Source: Treponemataceae bacterium
Lineage (GTDB): Bacteria > Spirochaetota > Spirochaetia > Treponematales > Rectinemataceae
Length of the DNA stretch: 64,000 nt
NCBI GenBank assembly: GCA_963677895.2
Contig: CAXXGJ010000038.1
Coordinates: 416,001 to 480,000 of the forward strand
Reading direction: 5' to 3'
The notes under the pieces were generated by a model that saw only the letters and a program-made list of their open reading frames with translations, searched no databases and was not told the DNA's origin. The translations under genes were made by a program, and so were the position numbers. Positions 28,919 through 38,204 of this stretch are shown here, piece after piece (the first letter of the stretch is position 1; the number at the start of each line of letters is the position of its first letter).

Positions 28919-30196
28919 ATGAATGACTTTTCCGATTTAGGCCTCAGCGCCGAACTGTCCGCCGCCTTTGGGACGCTCGGCTTTAAAATTCCCACCAAGG
29001 TCCAGCGCCTGGCGATACCCCGAATACTCCTCAAGAAAGATATCTTCCTTCAGTCCGAAACCGGAACAGGCAAGACCTTCGCCTACCTGGCCCCAGCCAT
29101 ATCCATGGTCAAGGGCATGAGTCCGTCGAAAGGCCCCCTCATCCTCGTGCTCTGCCCCACCCAGGAACTCGCGGTCCAGGTGGCCAAACAGGCCGAGATG
29201 CTCCTGACCGAGTCGCGCATCGCGATGAACGTCCTGGCACTCCTCGGAGGAAGCCCCCTCTCCCGCCAGGAAGACGCCCTCAAAAAGAAACCGCACATCG
29301 TCGTTGGCACGCCCGGAAGGACATCGGATCTCGTCAAGATGCGTTTCCTCAGGCTGGACAGCGTGAATTTCATCGTGCTGGACGAGGGCGACAGACTCTT
29401 CTCGACGGAATACAGGGAACAGGTGAACGGCATCCTCGGCGCGGCGTCGCCCGGCTCATGCAAAATTCTCGCGTCGGCGACTATATCGCCCAATACCCGC
29501 AAGCTCGCCAGAGTCTATATGAAGGACTCCGAATCCCTCGACCTCCTGGACGAGGGGGTTCTCACCCGCGACATCGAGCACTGGGTGTTCTATGTCGAGC
29601 ACCGCAAGCGGATAGACTTCATCCGCCGGCTTGAGGCGGCGATCAAGCCCAAGAAATGCCTTGTCTTCGCCTCGTCGGGCGACAGGGTGGCGAGAACCGC
29701 CGAACGCCTGGCCGAAATAGGCCTCCCCGCCGACTCGATCCTCGCGAAGCAGGAAAAAGAGCATCGCCGCGTAGCCATTGAGCGTTTCGAGAACGGTACC
29801 CTGCGCTACCTCGTGACCACCGATCTCGGCGCCAGGGGACTCGATATCGCCGGCATCACGCACATCATCAGCCTCGATTTCCCCGAGGAGAATTCCTGGT
29901 ACGTTCATAGGGCGGGAAGAACCGGCCGCGCGGGCGAAAAGGGCATCAGCATCATTCTGGCCGACGCCTGGGAAATAAGGAGCGCGTCCAGACTCGCCGT
30001 GGACAGGAATTTCGTCTTCAGGACCAAAAGACTCGAGGAAGGCCAGGTCGTCGAACCGCCTGTCGAGGAATTTTTCGCGATGGTCGAGAAGGGCGACGCC
30101 GAAAAAAAGGACTACAGGGAAAAGATGCGTTCGGAGCACAGAGAACCGACCCAGCGGAGACAGTATCCCCAGCGACGGGACGGCGACCAGCGATGA
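28919..30196 (+). CDS. DEAD/DEAH-box RNA helicase (motif II DEGD)
   Basis: Q motif GFKIPTKVQ, TGTGKT, PTQELA, GTPGR, DEGD, SAT, ARGLD, HRAGRTGR. Confidence 0.92.
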   Translation: MNDFSDLGLSAELSAAFGTLGFKIPTKVQRLAIPRILLKKDIFLQSETGTGKTFAYLAPAISMVKGMSPSKGPLILVLCPTQELAVQVAKQAEMLLTESRIAMNVLALLGGSPLSRQEDALKKKPHIVVGTPGRTSDLVKMRFLRLDSVNFIVLDEGDRLFSTEYREQVNGILGAASPGSCKILASATISPNTRKLARVYMKDSESLDLLDEGVLTRDIEHWVFYVEHRKRIDFIRRLEAAIKPKKCLVFASSGDRVARTAERLAEIGLPADSILAKQEKEHRRVAIERFENGTLRYLVTTDLGARGLDIAGITHIISLDFPEENSWYVHRAGRTGRAGEKGISIILADAWEIRSASRLAVDRNFVFRTKRLEEGQVVEPPVEEFFAMVEKGDAEKKDYREKMRSEHREPTQRRQYPQRRDGDQR

Positions 30197-32751
30197 GCGA
30201 TACCACGAAAGCCGACATGATCCTGTCGTCCCTGAAAGAAGGCGCGATAATCCTCCCCTCGGTCCGGCGCGAAATGGCCAATCCGGCATGGGAGGAAGCC
30301 TCGGCGCGCATCCTCATCGTCCGGCTCTCGCCCTGGCGCGATGTCGACATCTCGACGCCTCACCTCGTGCTTTTCGACGAAATCCGTTCCGCCATGAAGG
30401 ATGCCTTCATCGATTTCGCCTTCCTGCCCACCGCGGCGGACCGGAAAGCGCTTTCATCGCAGAACCTGCCCTGGTTCTTCGGCCGCGCGTCCCGAAAATC
30501 GCCCCGCGATTTCGACATCGTCATGGTATCCAACGCCTTCGCCCTGGAACTCGTCAACCTTCCCTACCTCTTCACGACGTCAGGCCTGTCCATGTCGGCG
30601 GCTTCCCGTGCCCTCCTGGACGATCAGCCCATCTTCATCGCCGGCGGCTCGAACGCCTCGGCCATGGGATCCATTGTCCTCGAAGGCCTGGAGCGAAAGT
30701 ATCCGGCCCAGGACGCCTTCGTCGACGGCATCTTTTTCGGGGAGGGCGAGACGGCCATCGGAACGCTCGCCCAGGTCCTTTCGGGCGCCGATAGAAAAAA
30801 ATCCACCGCCAAGCAGCGGCTCGCCCGCCTCAAAAAGGCCGCGAAAATCGAGGGATTCTGGCCCTGCCTTCTGACCGAAGGCGCGAAGCGGGCGCTGGCT
30901 CCCCAGCGTCCTCATACGGTCACGAAGCCCCTCGTCCTCAACGGCCCCAGCGCCTCGAGCGCCAGACTTTCCATCACTTCGGGCTGCCCCGGCTATTGTT
31001 CCTTCTGCCTGGAGGGCTGGGACCGCCGGCCATACGCGGAAGCCGATATGGAAAGGCTCATCCAGGAAGCCCACGAACTCAGGAAAAGCACGGGCGCCGA
31101 GGATCTTGAGATCTACAGTTTCAACTTCAATACCCATTCGCGCATTTTCGACCTCATATTCGAGCTGAACCGTATTTTCAGAAGAGTATCCTTCATGAGT
31201 CAGCGCCTGGACATCCTCGTCGAGACCAGAGGGCTCATGGAATCGGAGCTGGCAGGAGGGAAGCACTCCTTCACCCTCGGTATCGAAGGCATTTCCGGAA
31301 CGATGCGCGCCTATTACCGGAAGGGACTCACGAACAAGACGATCGATGACTGTCTCAAGATGACGATCCGCCCCGGCGTCAAGGAACTGAAACTTTTCTA
31401 CATAATCGCGGGCACCGAAACGCCGGCCGACATCAACGAGTTCTCGGCCTTCATCGAAGGGGTGAAACGCAGGAAGGACTCGCAGTCCCCTTCCACCAGG
31501 ATTCTCGTCTCGGCCGGATTCCTGGTCAGGCTGCCCTTCACGCCGCTCCAGTACGCCCCCCTCGAATTCGACAGGGAAAAGCTCGTGCGCCTCGCCCTGC
31601 TTCTCCGCGAGGCCTGCGAACGCGTCGGCATAGAATTCAGGCTGGCTTCCGACGCCGAGGAATCATTCGTGGACCAGACGCTTTCGCTCGCCGGAAGCGC
31701 CGCCTATCGCTGGCTGGAAAAAATTCCCTCCATGGGCTTCGTCTACGACTTTTCGCTCGGCGAGGGGTCCTGGAAATCGCTGCGCCCCTATGCGCTGGGC
31801 AGGGATTCCGACGCATTTTTTCCGGCGGAGAAAACTTCGGAGTATCGCCCTCCTCTCGCCTTCCTCGAGGACGAAAGGAATTTCAAGGTTCTCCATAAAC
31901 ATTACATCGAGGCGAAGAGGCTGGACGACAGGTTCTCCTGTCTCGGCAAGGATTGCACCGGCTGCGGCGTCTGCGCGGACGGCGAGGAAAAAGAAGCGAT
32001 GACGGGCCACGATCTCGTGGTTCCTCCCGTTTTCAAGCATTCAGAGAAGATCGAATCCCTGCTCGCCGCCAAGGCTAAGTTCGCCCCGACCTATATCGCC
32101 CTCGATTATTCCGAGGAGCTTTCGGAAGCCGATCCCGCTTACAGGATCTCCTGGCTTCTGCGCATCCTGTCGGCCAAGGTCCCAGGCGCCGAAAATATAG
32201 TTTTCGAAGCCAAGGAACTGCTCTTTTCCGGCAATTCGCCGTTCAATGGCCTCTTCGGCAACGGGCGGGGCCGGTATGGACGCGGCGTCGTGGCGCTCTA
32301 TGGCCCGGACGCGAAAAGAACGGAACTTCTTCTCTCCAGACTTGAAAGCCTCCAGCCCGAAATCGCCAAACCAGGAAGTCGGGCAGCGGCTGACTCTTCA
32401 AGTTTTCCGGCCTTCACGCGCCTGGGAAAAGCGCCGATCCCTTCTTTCGTCGATCTCGAGATCCGCCTGCCGGCCGAACATTCCGATGCCTTGCGGGAAG
32501 CCTTCGAGGCTTTTGCGGCGGAACGCCAGCTTTCGTACACCGCGAAACGCGATGGCCGCGGCCGGCTCTATGTTTTTTCGGAAGGGTCGAAGGGCAGGAA
32601 GATCATTGTGGACGCGAGAATGAGGGAAACCGACGCGACGGCCACGCTATCCCTGCGCGTCAGCGAAAAAGCCGAACTGTCGCCGCTTCTCGACGCGCTT
32701 GGGGAAGGATGCGGATTCAGGCCCCTCGCGAAGGTTACGGGCTGGAGCTGA
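30193..32751 (+). CDS. large radical SAM protein (TIGR03960-like)
   Basis: CPGYCSFC SAM-cluster motif, FDIV..S...LE..N, GEGE, TPLQ, C-terminal CLGKDCTGCGVC; ATGA overlap with the helicase. Confidence 0.8.
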   Translation: MSDTTKADMILSSLKEGAIILPSVRREMANPAWEEASARILIVRLSPWRDVDISTPHLVLFDEIRSAMKDAFIDFAFLPTAADRKALSSQNLPWFFGRASRKSPRDFDIVMVSNAFALELVNLPYLFTTSGLSMSAASRALLDDQPIFIAGGSNASAMGSIVLEGLERKYPAQDAFVDGIFFGEGETAIGTLAQVLSGADRKKSTAKQRLARLKKAAKIEGFWPCLLTEGAKRALAPQRPHTVTKPLVLNGPSASSARLSITSGCPGYCSFCLEGWDRRPYAEADMERLIQEAHELRKSTGAEDLEIYSFNFNTHSRIFDLIFELNRIFRRVSFMSQRLDILVETRGLMESELAGGKHSFTLGIEGISGTMRAYYRKGLTNKTIDDCLKMTIRPGVKELKLFYIIAGTETPADINEFSAFIEGVKRRKDSQSPSTRILVSAGFLVRLPFTPLQYAPLEFDREKLVRLALLLREACERVGIEFRLASDAEESFVDQTLSLAGSAAYRWLEKIPSMGFVYDFSLGEGSWKSLRPYALGRDSDAFFPAEKTSEYRPPLAFLEDERNFKVLHKHYIEAKRLDDRFSCLGKDCTGCGVCADGEEKEAMTGHDLVVPPVFKHSEKIESLLAAKAKFAPTYIALDYSEELSEADPAYRISWLLRILSAKVPGAENIVFEAKELLFSGNSPFNGLFGNGRGRYGRGVVALYGPDAKRTELLLSRLESLQPEIAKPGSRAAADSSSFPAFTRLGKAPIPSFVDLEIRLPAEHSDALREAFEAFAAERQLSYTAKRDGRGRLYVFSEGSKGRKIIVDARMRETDATATLSLRVSEKAELSPLLDALGEGCGFRPLAKVTGWS

Positions 32752-32759
32752 GCGAGCCT

Positions 32760-33122
32760 TCAGCCTTTTCCGTACCTGGCCATCGATGTATCGGTCTCAA
32801 AAACGTCCACGGCCGAAACCGGAAGCTCGGGATGGGCGGCCAGAATGCCGTCGAAGATATATTTAGCGATCCTCTCGGCGCTCGGATCGTCGGCGAACTG
32901 CGGAATCTCGTTGAGATCGGAGTGATCGAGTCGCGCTATGATATCGCCCAAGGCCTTCTTCAGGATCCCGAAATCGACAAGCATGCCGCCTTCGCCCAGG
33001 CTTTCCCCCTCGGCCCATACCCTCACCTTATAATTGTGGCCATGGAGACGTTCGCACTTACCATGGTAATGGACCAGGTGGTGCGCCGCGGCGAATCCCG
33101 CTTCTATTCTCACGGTGAACAT
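32760..33122 (-). CDS. queD: 6-carboxytetrahydropterin synthase
   Basis: FAAAH.L, CERLHGHNY, GMLVDF, LDHSDLN, PSAE.IA, V.ET. Confidence 0.95.
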   Translation of the reverse strand: MFTVRIEAGFAAAHHLVHYHGKCERLHGHNYKVRVWAEGESLGEGGMLVDFGILKKALGDIIARLDHSDLNEIPQFADDPSAERIAKYIFDGILAAHPELPVSAVDVFETDTSMARYGKG

Positions 33123-33129
33123 ATTTCGA

Positions 33130-33158
33130 ACGATATCCCTTCCCATAAGGCTTGGCAA
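33130..33158 (-). promoter_or_regulatory. leaderless-type sigma70 promoter of queD
   Basis: TTGCCA-17-TATCGT-7 nt-ATG. Confidence 0.55.
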
Positions 33159-33247
33159 GCCGATCCTCGACTTGATTTGCGCCCTTTTTGGGCTATACTT
33201 AGGTAAGCAAGACGATTTAGGATCCTACATCGTCCGAGGAGGCTTCA

Positions 33248-33787
33248 ATGAAGAAGATTCTTATGTGCATGATTCTGATACTCTGCGTTTCGGTTCCCGC
33301 CGCATTCAGCCAGTTCCGGTTCGAGATAGGCGCGAGCGCGCCAATCACCGTGGGCGCCTTCGACAGCTCAACCTCCGGTTTCGCCGATATCGGTAGCATA
33401 CTCGACGAAGTGGGCATCATCCCCATTCCAAACCTCGCGCTTCTCCTCCAGCTCGACGCCGGCCCGATCAAGCTGGGCGCCGGCATCAAGGCATGGACTG
33501 CCCTGATCGCGTCCGCGGCATATCCCATCGTGCAGGCTGAACTTGCCCTGGGATCCCTATCGATCGACGCAAGTCTCGGAGGCTACTTCCTGGCTTATTA
33601 TGGCGTACCCAACACCTTCGGTTTCGAAGAAATCGGAGCCTATATCCCCGACCTCTCCATATGGCTGGGCATCGGCAAGAAAAACGCCTTCAGGATAGGC
33701 GGAGGCGCCATGGGCTTGATCCCGACCTCCTTCGACCTGACCACCGTACCCTATGTCGTCTATGCGGGACTGAAGGTAGTGCTGTAG
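33248..33787 (+). CDS. exported protein, probable outer-membrane beta-barrel
   Basis: Signal peptide MKKIL..AFS; amphipathic strands; ends YAGLKVVL; strong SD GAGGAGG. Confidence 0.6.
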   Translation: MKKILMCMILILCVSVPAAFSQFRFEIGASAPITVGAFDSSTSGFADIGSILDEVGIIPIPNLALLLQLDAGPIKLGAGIKAWTALIASAAYPIVQAELALGSLSIDASLGGYFLAYYGVPNTFGFEEIGAYIPDLSIWLGIGKKNAFRIGGGAMGLIPTSFDLTTVPYVVYAGLKVVL

Positions 33788-33827
33788 GAGTCCTTGACGA
33801 CCCCTTCCAAGCGCCATGCCGCGCGGG

Positions 33828-33863
33828 AAAGCCGCGCCGGAATATCTTCCGGCGCGGCTTTTT
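33828..33863 (+). terminator. intrinsic terminator
   Basis: AAAGCCGCGCCGGAA-TATC-TTCCGGCGCGGCTTTTT. Confidence 0.85.
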
Positions 33864-33943
33864 CATGGAACCGCGTCCCCGCAATCCGCGTCCGCCGCCT
33901 CCCGGTTGAATCCCTTTCTCCTCCATGATATCCTCCATCCGAA

Positions 33944-35512
33944 ATGAACAGACGCTTTTCGTCCCTCATCGCCGCCCTGCGGCCGCTTTCGGTGTCGGTA
34001 GGTTCCGATCCCGAGATTTCCGGAATCGAGTACGATTCGCGGAAGATCGGGAAAGGTAATCTATTCGTTGCCTTCCAGGGCATCCATAGCGACGGACACG
34101 ACTACATAGCCGCGGCCATCGCCCGCGGAGCCGCGGCCATTCTCCACGATAAGATCATCGAAAATCCCGTTCCGGGCATAAGTTACGCGCGCGTCGCCGA
34201 CGCACGCCTGAGCATGGGGCCTTTGGCCGCGGCTTTTTACGATCACCCTTCCTCTTCCCTCCGCGTCATCGGCGTGACGGGAACCGAGGGCAAGAGCACG
34301 ACCGTCTCCCTCATCTATCAGCTCCTCAATCTCGCGGGCACGAAAGCTGGCTTCTTTTCGACGGTCATGTCGGACACGGGATCGGGCGAAAAACCCAATC
34401 CGGAGCACCAGACGACGCCCGAAGCCACCGCCGTGCAGAGGATGCTCGCCATGATGCGCGACGCGGGATATGCCTGCGCCGTGGTCGAATCCTCCAGCCA
34501 CGGGCTCAGCGACCGTACGGGCAGACTCGCCGATGTCGCCTTCGACATCGGGGTCATGACCAATGTCACGAGCGAGCACCTGGAATTCCACGGCACCTGG
34601 GAGCGGTACCGCCACGACAAGGCCAATCTGTTCAGGAACCTGGACGCCCACGACCACATGAAGTCAGTCAAGGGAAAGCCCGTACGCATCTCCTCCGCCG
34701 GCATCGTCAACGCCGACGATCCGAGCGCCGGATATTTCGCGTCCTGCACGACGAAGCCGGTGCTTTCCTATTCGGCGAAAGGCGCCAAGGCGACGATTTC
34801 GGCCGCCCGCATCGTCTCGGACCCACAAGGCTCCAGCTTCTTCGTCGAAGCGCCGGAGCTGGGGATGAGCGGAGTTCCCGCCAGGATAAACCTGCCCGGC
34901 GAATTCAACGTCGGCAACAGCCTCGCGGCGCTTCTGGCCGTCTCCGTCGCGACGGGAAAACCCTGCGCGGAACTCCTTCCCCTCCTGCCCGCGCTGAAGC
35001 CCGTGCGCGGAAGAATGATGAACATAGAGAAGGGCCAGCCCTTCGAAGTGATCATCGATTATGCCCATACGCCATCTTCCTTCGAGGCCATACTTCCCCC
35101 GATACGGAAACGCGTCGAAGGCAGGGTCTTTTGCCTTTTCGGTTCGGGCGGCGAAAGAGACACCGAAAAGCGTCCCAGGCAGGGAGCGGTGGCGGCTGAA
35201 TACTGCGATGTCGTCATCCTGACCGACGAGGATCCGCGGGGAGAAAACCCCATGGACCTCCTCGAGGAAATCGCCGCCGGCTGCCCCGAACTTCCGCGAG
35301 GGGAACGGCTCTTCCTCATTCCCGACCGCCCCCAGGCCATACGCAAGGCATTTTCCATGGCGAGGGCTCATGATGCCGTTCTCCTTCTTGGCAAGGGACA
35401 TGAGAATTCCATAATCTACAAAGATCGTTCGATACCTTACGACGAGGAAGCCGAAGCCGTCGCCGCGCTCGGGGAAATGGGATTCCCGAACGATTCCGCG
35501 GCTCAATCCTGA
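33944..35512 (+). CDS. murE: UDP-N-acetylmuramoyl-dipeptide--diamino acid ligase
   Basis: DSRK, GVTGTEGKST, QTTPEA, ESSSHGL, DYAHTP, FGSGGERD..KR, TDEDPR, GKGHE. Confidence 0.95.
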   Translation: MNRRFSSLIAALRPLSVSVGSDPEISGIEYDSRKIGKGNLFVAFQGIHSDGHDYIAAAIARGAAAILHDKIIENPVPGISYARVADARLSMGPLAAAFYDHPSSSLRVIGVTGTEGKSTTVSLIYQLLNLAGTKAGFFSTVMSDTGSGEKPNPEHQTTPEATAVQRMLAMMRDAGYACAVVESSSHGLSDRTGRLADVAFDIGVMTNVTSEHLEFHGTWERYRHDKANLFRNLDAHDHMKSVKGKPVRISSAGIVNADDPSAGYFASCTTKPVLSYSAKGAKATISAARIVSDPQGSSFFVEAPELGMSGVPARINLPGEFNVGNSLAALLAVSVATGKPCAELLPLLPALKPVRGRMMNIEKGQPFEVIIDYAHTPSSFEAILPPIRKRVEGRVFCLFGSGGERDTEKRPRQGAVAAEYCDVVILTDEDPRGENPMDLLEEIAAGCPELPRGERLFLIPDRPQAIRKAFSMARAHDAVLLLGKGHENSIIYKDRSIPYDEEAEAVAALGEMGFPNDSAAQS

Positions 35513-35532
35513 TTTCTGAAAAAGGATGTGTT

Positions 35533-36696
35533 ATGAAGACAATTGCGATTCTCTACGGCGGCAGATCCGGCGAGCATGAAGTCTCCCTCATTTCGGCGGC
35601 CAGCATCGTGGGGCGGCTCAACGCCAAGAAATATAAAGTCCTCCTCATCGGCATCAAGAAAACGGGGGAATGGCTTCTCCAGGATCCATCCGCGCTGAAA
35701 AACGCGAGAATGGCCGCAAAAGCGGACGAAAAGACCGGCGAAGGATCCGAAGGCCGACAGGACATGAGCGGACTGCCTTCCATCAATCAAGGACGCAGGG
35801 TTTTCGTGGCCCCCGGAGCCGGTCTCTTCGTCGAGAAGCGCGATGGCGGAACCGAAAGTCTCCGCTGCGACATTGTCTTCCCCGTGCTGCACGGCACCTT
35901 CGGCGAGGATGGGACGATACAAGGCCTTCTCGAGTGCGCGGGCCTCCCTTACGTGGGCGCCGGCGTCCTCGGTTCCGCCATCGGCATGGACAAGCACGTG
36001 GCCAAGGAACTCTGGCTCCGCGAGGGTCTCCCCGTCGTCGATTCGATCCTGGTGAGGGCCGCGGACAGGGCGAATCCCCAGTTCATGGCCAATCTCTCGA
36101 GGAAAATCGAAGCCCGATTCGGCTGGCCCTGCTTCGTCAAACCCTCCAGCTGCGGATCTTCCGTCGGCGCCTCGAAAGCCGGGAATATGGAGGCGCTTGA
36201 GGCGGCCCTGGACTTTGCCCTCGCCTACGACGAAAAGGTTCTCGTGGAGAAATTCATCAGCGCCAGGGAAATCGAATGCGCCGTGCTGGGCAACGAAAAG
36301 CCCAAGGCCTTCGCGCCGGGCGAAATAGTGCCGGCCCATGAATTCTACGATTACGAGGCCAAGTACAAGGATCCCAACGGAGCGACGCTCTGCGTTCCGG
36401 CTTCCATCCCTCCCCAGCAGGCTGAAACCATCCAGGCGCTCGCCGTCAAGGCATACAAGGCTTGCGGGCTTTCTGGAATGGCACGGGTGGACTTCTTCAT
36501 CGACCGGCGCACCGGCGATATTCTCATCAACGAAGTGAACACCATTCCGGGATTTACCGCCATCTCCATGTATCCCCGGATGTGCGAAGCGGGCGGCCTG
36601 CCCTATCCCGAACTCCTGGATACCCTTCTCTCCCTCGCCGTCGAGCGATTCGAGCGGCGCGAGGCGCTGAGCTATTCCTACGAGAAAAGCAAATGA
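35533..36696 (+). CDS. ddl: D-alanine--D-alanine ligase
   Basis: GGRSGEHEVSL, FPVLHGTFGEDG, MDK, GSSVG, FYDYEAKY, EVNTIPGFT..SMYP. Confidence 0.97.
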   Translation: MKTIAILYGGRSGEHEVSLISAASIVGRLNAKKYKVLLIGIKKTGEWLLQDPSALKNARMAAKADEKTGEGSEGRQDMSGLPSINQGRRVFVAPGAGLFVEKRDGGTESLRCDIVFPVLHGTFGEDGTIQGLLECAGLPYVGAGVLGSAIGMDKHVAKELWLREGLPVVDSILVRAADRANPQFMANLSRKIEARFGWPCFVKPSSCGSSVGASKAGNMEALEAALDFALAYDEKVLVEKFISAREIECAVLGNEKPKAFAPGEIVPAHEFYDYEAKYKDPNGATLCVPASIPPQQAETIQALAVKAYKACGLSGMARVDFFIDRRTGDILINEVNTIPGFTAISMYPRMCEAGGLPYPELLDTLLSLAVERFERREALSYSYEKSK

Positions 36697-36698
36697 CC

Positions 36699-36750
36699 GA
36701 ATGGCGGACCATCCCGGGCCCGACCTAGGCCTGGCGCGGGTCCGCCATTC
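36699..36750 (+). other. long hairpin directly after ddl (terminator or stabiliser, no U-tract)
   Basis: GAATGGCGGACC...GGTCCGCCATTC outer stem with inner CCGGGCC/GGCCTGG stem. Confidence 0.55.
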
Positions 36751-36787
36751 TGCATCATTATGCAGATACATTACATAATTATCTATA
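36749..36787. promoter_or_regulatory. tandem ARG boxes (ArgR/AhrC operator) upstream of rocD
   Basis: TCTGCATCATTATGCAGA-tac-ATTACATAATTATCTATA: two 18-bp boxes, 3-bp spacer, core close to TGCAT-N4-ATGCA. Confidence 0.7.
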
Positions 36788-36911
36788 CCATTACAATTTA
36801 GCAATTTTTCCCCTCTGGCGCGGAAGAGAATCCCAGTATACACTATGACAATCGCCATTCCCCAATCGGCTTTACATCGACAGAAAGGCGAGATACCAAG
36901 GAGGTTCTTCC

Positions 36912-38111
36912 ATGAAGTCCCAGGACTACATCGCCCTGGACGCAACGTTCGGCGCGCATAACTACCATCCGCTCCCCGTCGTCATCGCTGAGGCAAAAGG
37001 CTGCAAGGTAAAAGACCCTGAAGGCAAGATCTACTTCGATTTCCTGTCGGCATATTCGGCCGTCAACCAGGGGCATCTCCACCCGCGCATCATCAAGGCG
37101 GTGAAGGACCAGCTTGAAAAGGTCACCCTCACTTCGAGGGCTTTCCATAACGACAAGATGGGCCTGTTCCTTAAAAAGCTCTGCGAATACACGGGCTACG
37201 AGGCGGCCCTCCCCATGAACACAGGCGCCGAAGCGGTCGAAACCGCTCTCAAGGCGGCCAGGCGCTGGGGCGCCGAGATCAGGGGAGTACCCAACGGCAA
37301 GCAGACGATCATATGCGCCGAAGGCAATTTCCATGGAAGAACCCTGGCGGCTATCTCCATGTCCATAGATCCCGAATCCCTCGTCAACTACGGTCCCTAC
37401 GTGCCCGGTTTCATCAAAGTACCTTACGCCGACGCCCAGGCCGTCGAGAGCAGAATCGACGAGAATACCGTCGCCGTGATCGTCGAACCTATTCAGGGAG
37501 AGGCCGGAGTGGTGGTTCCGCCCGAGGGTTACCTAGCCCGCCTGAGGAAGATATGCGACAGGCACGGCATCCTCCTCATCTTCGATGAGATCCAAACGGG
37601 TTTCTGCAGGACCGGCAGGCGTTTCGCTTGGCAGTACGAAGATGCCCGCCCCGACATCATGTGTCTCGGCAAGGCCCTCGGCGGCGGCATCATGCCTATC
37701 TCCGCCATCGTGGCCGACAAGAAGGTGATGGACGTATTCACTCCCGGCACGCATGGTTCCACCTTCGGCGGAAATCCCCTCGCCTGCGCCGTGGGAATCG
37801 CGGCTATCGAAGTGCTCGAGGACGAGAAACTCGAGGAAAACGCCGCGCGCCTCGGCGAGCTGTTCCGCAAGGAAGCGGCCGCCATCCCCTGCGCGAAAAT
37901 GAAGCTGGTGCGCGGCAAGGGCCTCCTGAACGCCATTGTCTTCGAGGAAGGGTTCCAGGCTTGGGATGTCTGTCTCGCCTTGAGGGATGAGGGGCTGCTG
38001 GCCAAGCAGACTCACGGCAATATCATCCGCTTCGCCCCGCCGCTTGTAATCACCGAGGCGGAACTGCGCGAAGCCTTGGAGATCATCGCCCGGGTCCTGA
38101 AGCGGATCTGA
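36912..38111 (+). CDS. rocD: ornithine--oxo-acid transaminase
   Basis: GAHNYHPLPVV, LSAYSAVNQGH, LTSRAFHND, PMNTGAEAVETA, DEIQTG, GKALGGG, HGSTFGGNP. Confidence 0.97.
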   Translation: MKSQDYIALDATFGAHNYHPLPVVIAEAKGCKVKDPEGKIYFDFLSAYSAVNQGHLHPRIIKAVKDQLEKVTLTSRAFHNDKMGLFLKKLCEYTGYEAALPMNTGAEAVETALKAARRWGAEIRGVPNGKQTIICAEGNFHGRTLAAISMSIDPESLVNYGPYVPGFIKVPYADAQAVESRIDENTVAVIVEPIQGEAGVVVPPEGYLARLRKICDRHGILLIFDEIQTGFCRTGRRFAWQYEDARPDIMCLGKALGGGIMPISAIVADKKVMDVFTPGTHGSTFGGNPLACAVGIAAIEVLEDEKLEENAARLGELFRKEAAAIPCAKMKLVRGKGLLNAIVFEEGFQAWDVCLALRDEGLLAKQTHGNIIRFAPPLVITEAELREALEIIARVLKRI

Positions 38112-38155
38112 GCTTCCATCTTCCCCGGTCCATTTCAGCCCGATTTTCTGCTATG

Positions 38156-38192
38156 AAAAGGGGCGCGGGATTCCATCCCGCGCCCCTTTTTT
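38156..38192. terminator. bidirectional intrinsic terminator
   Basis: AAAAGGGGCGCGGGAT-TCC-ATCCCGCGCCCCTTTTTT between convergent rocD and kinase genes. Confidence 0.9.
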
Positions 38193-38204
38193 ACTTTCCA
38201 GAAT

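Noticed and set aside
30193..33122. Radical SAM protein as QueE or as the AmmeMemoRadiSam enzyme
   Set aside because: Far too long, lacks those families' motifs, and is convergent with queD rather than co-transcribed.
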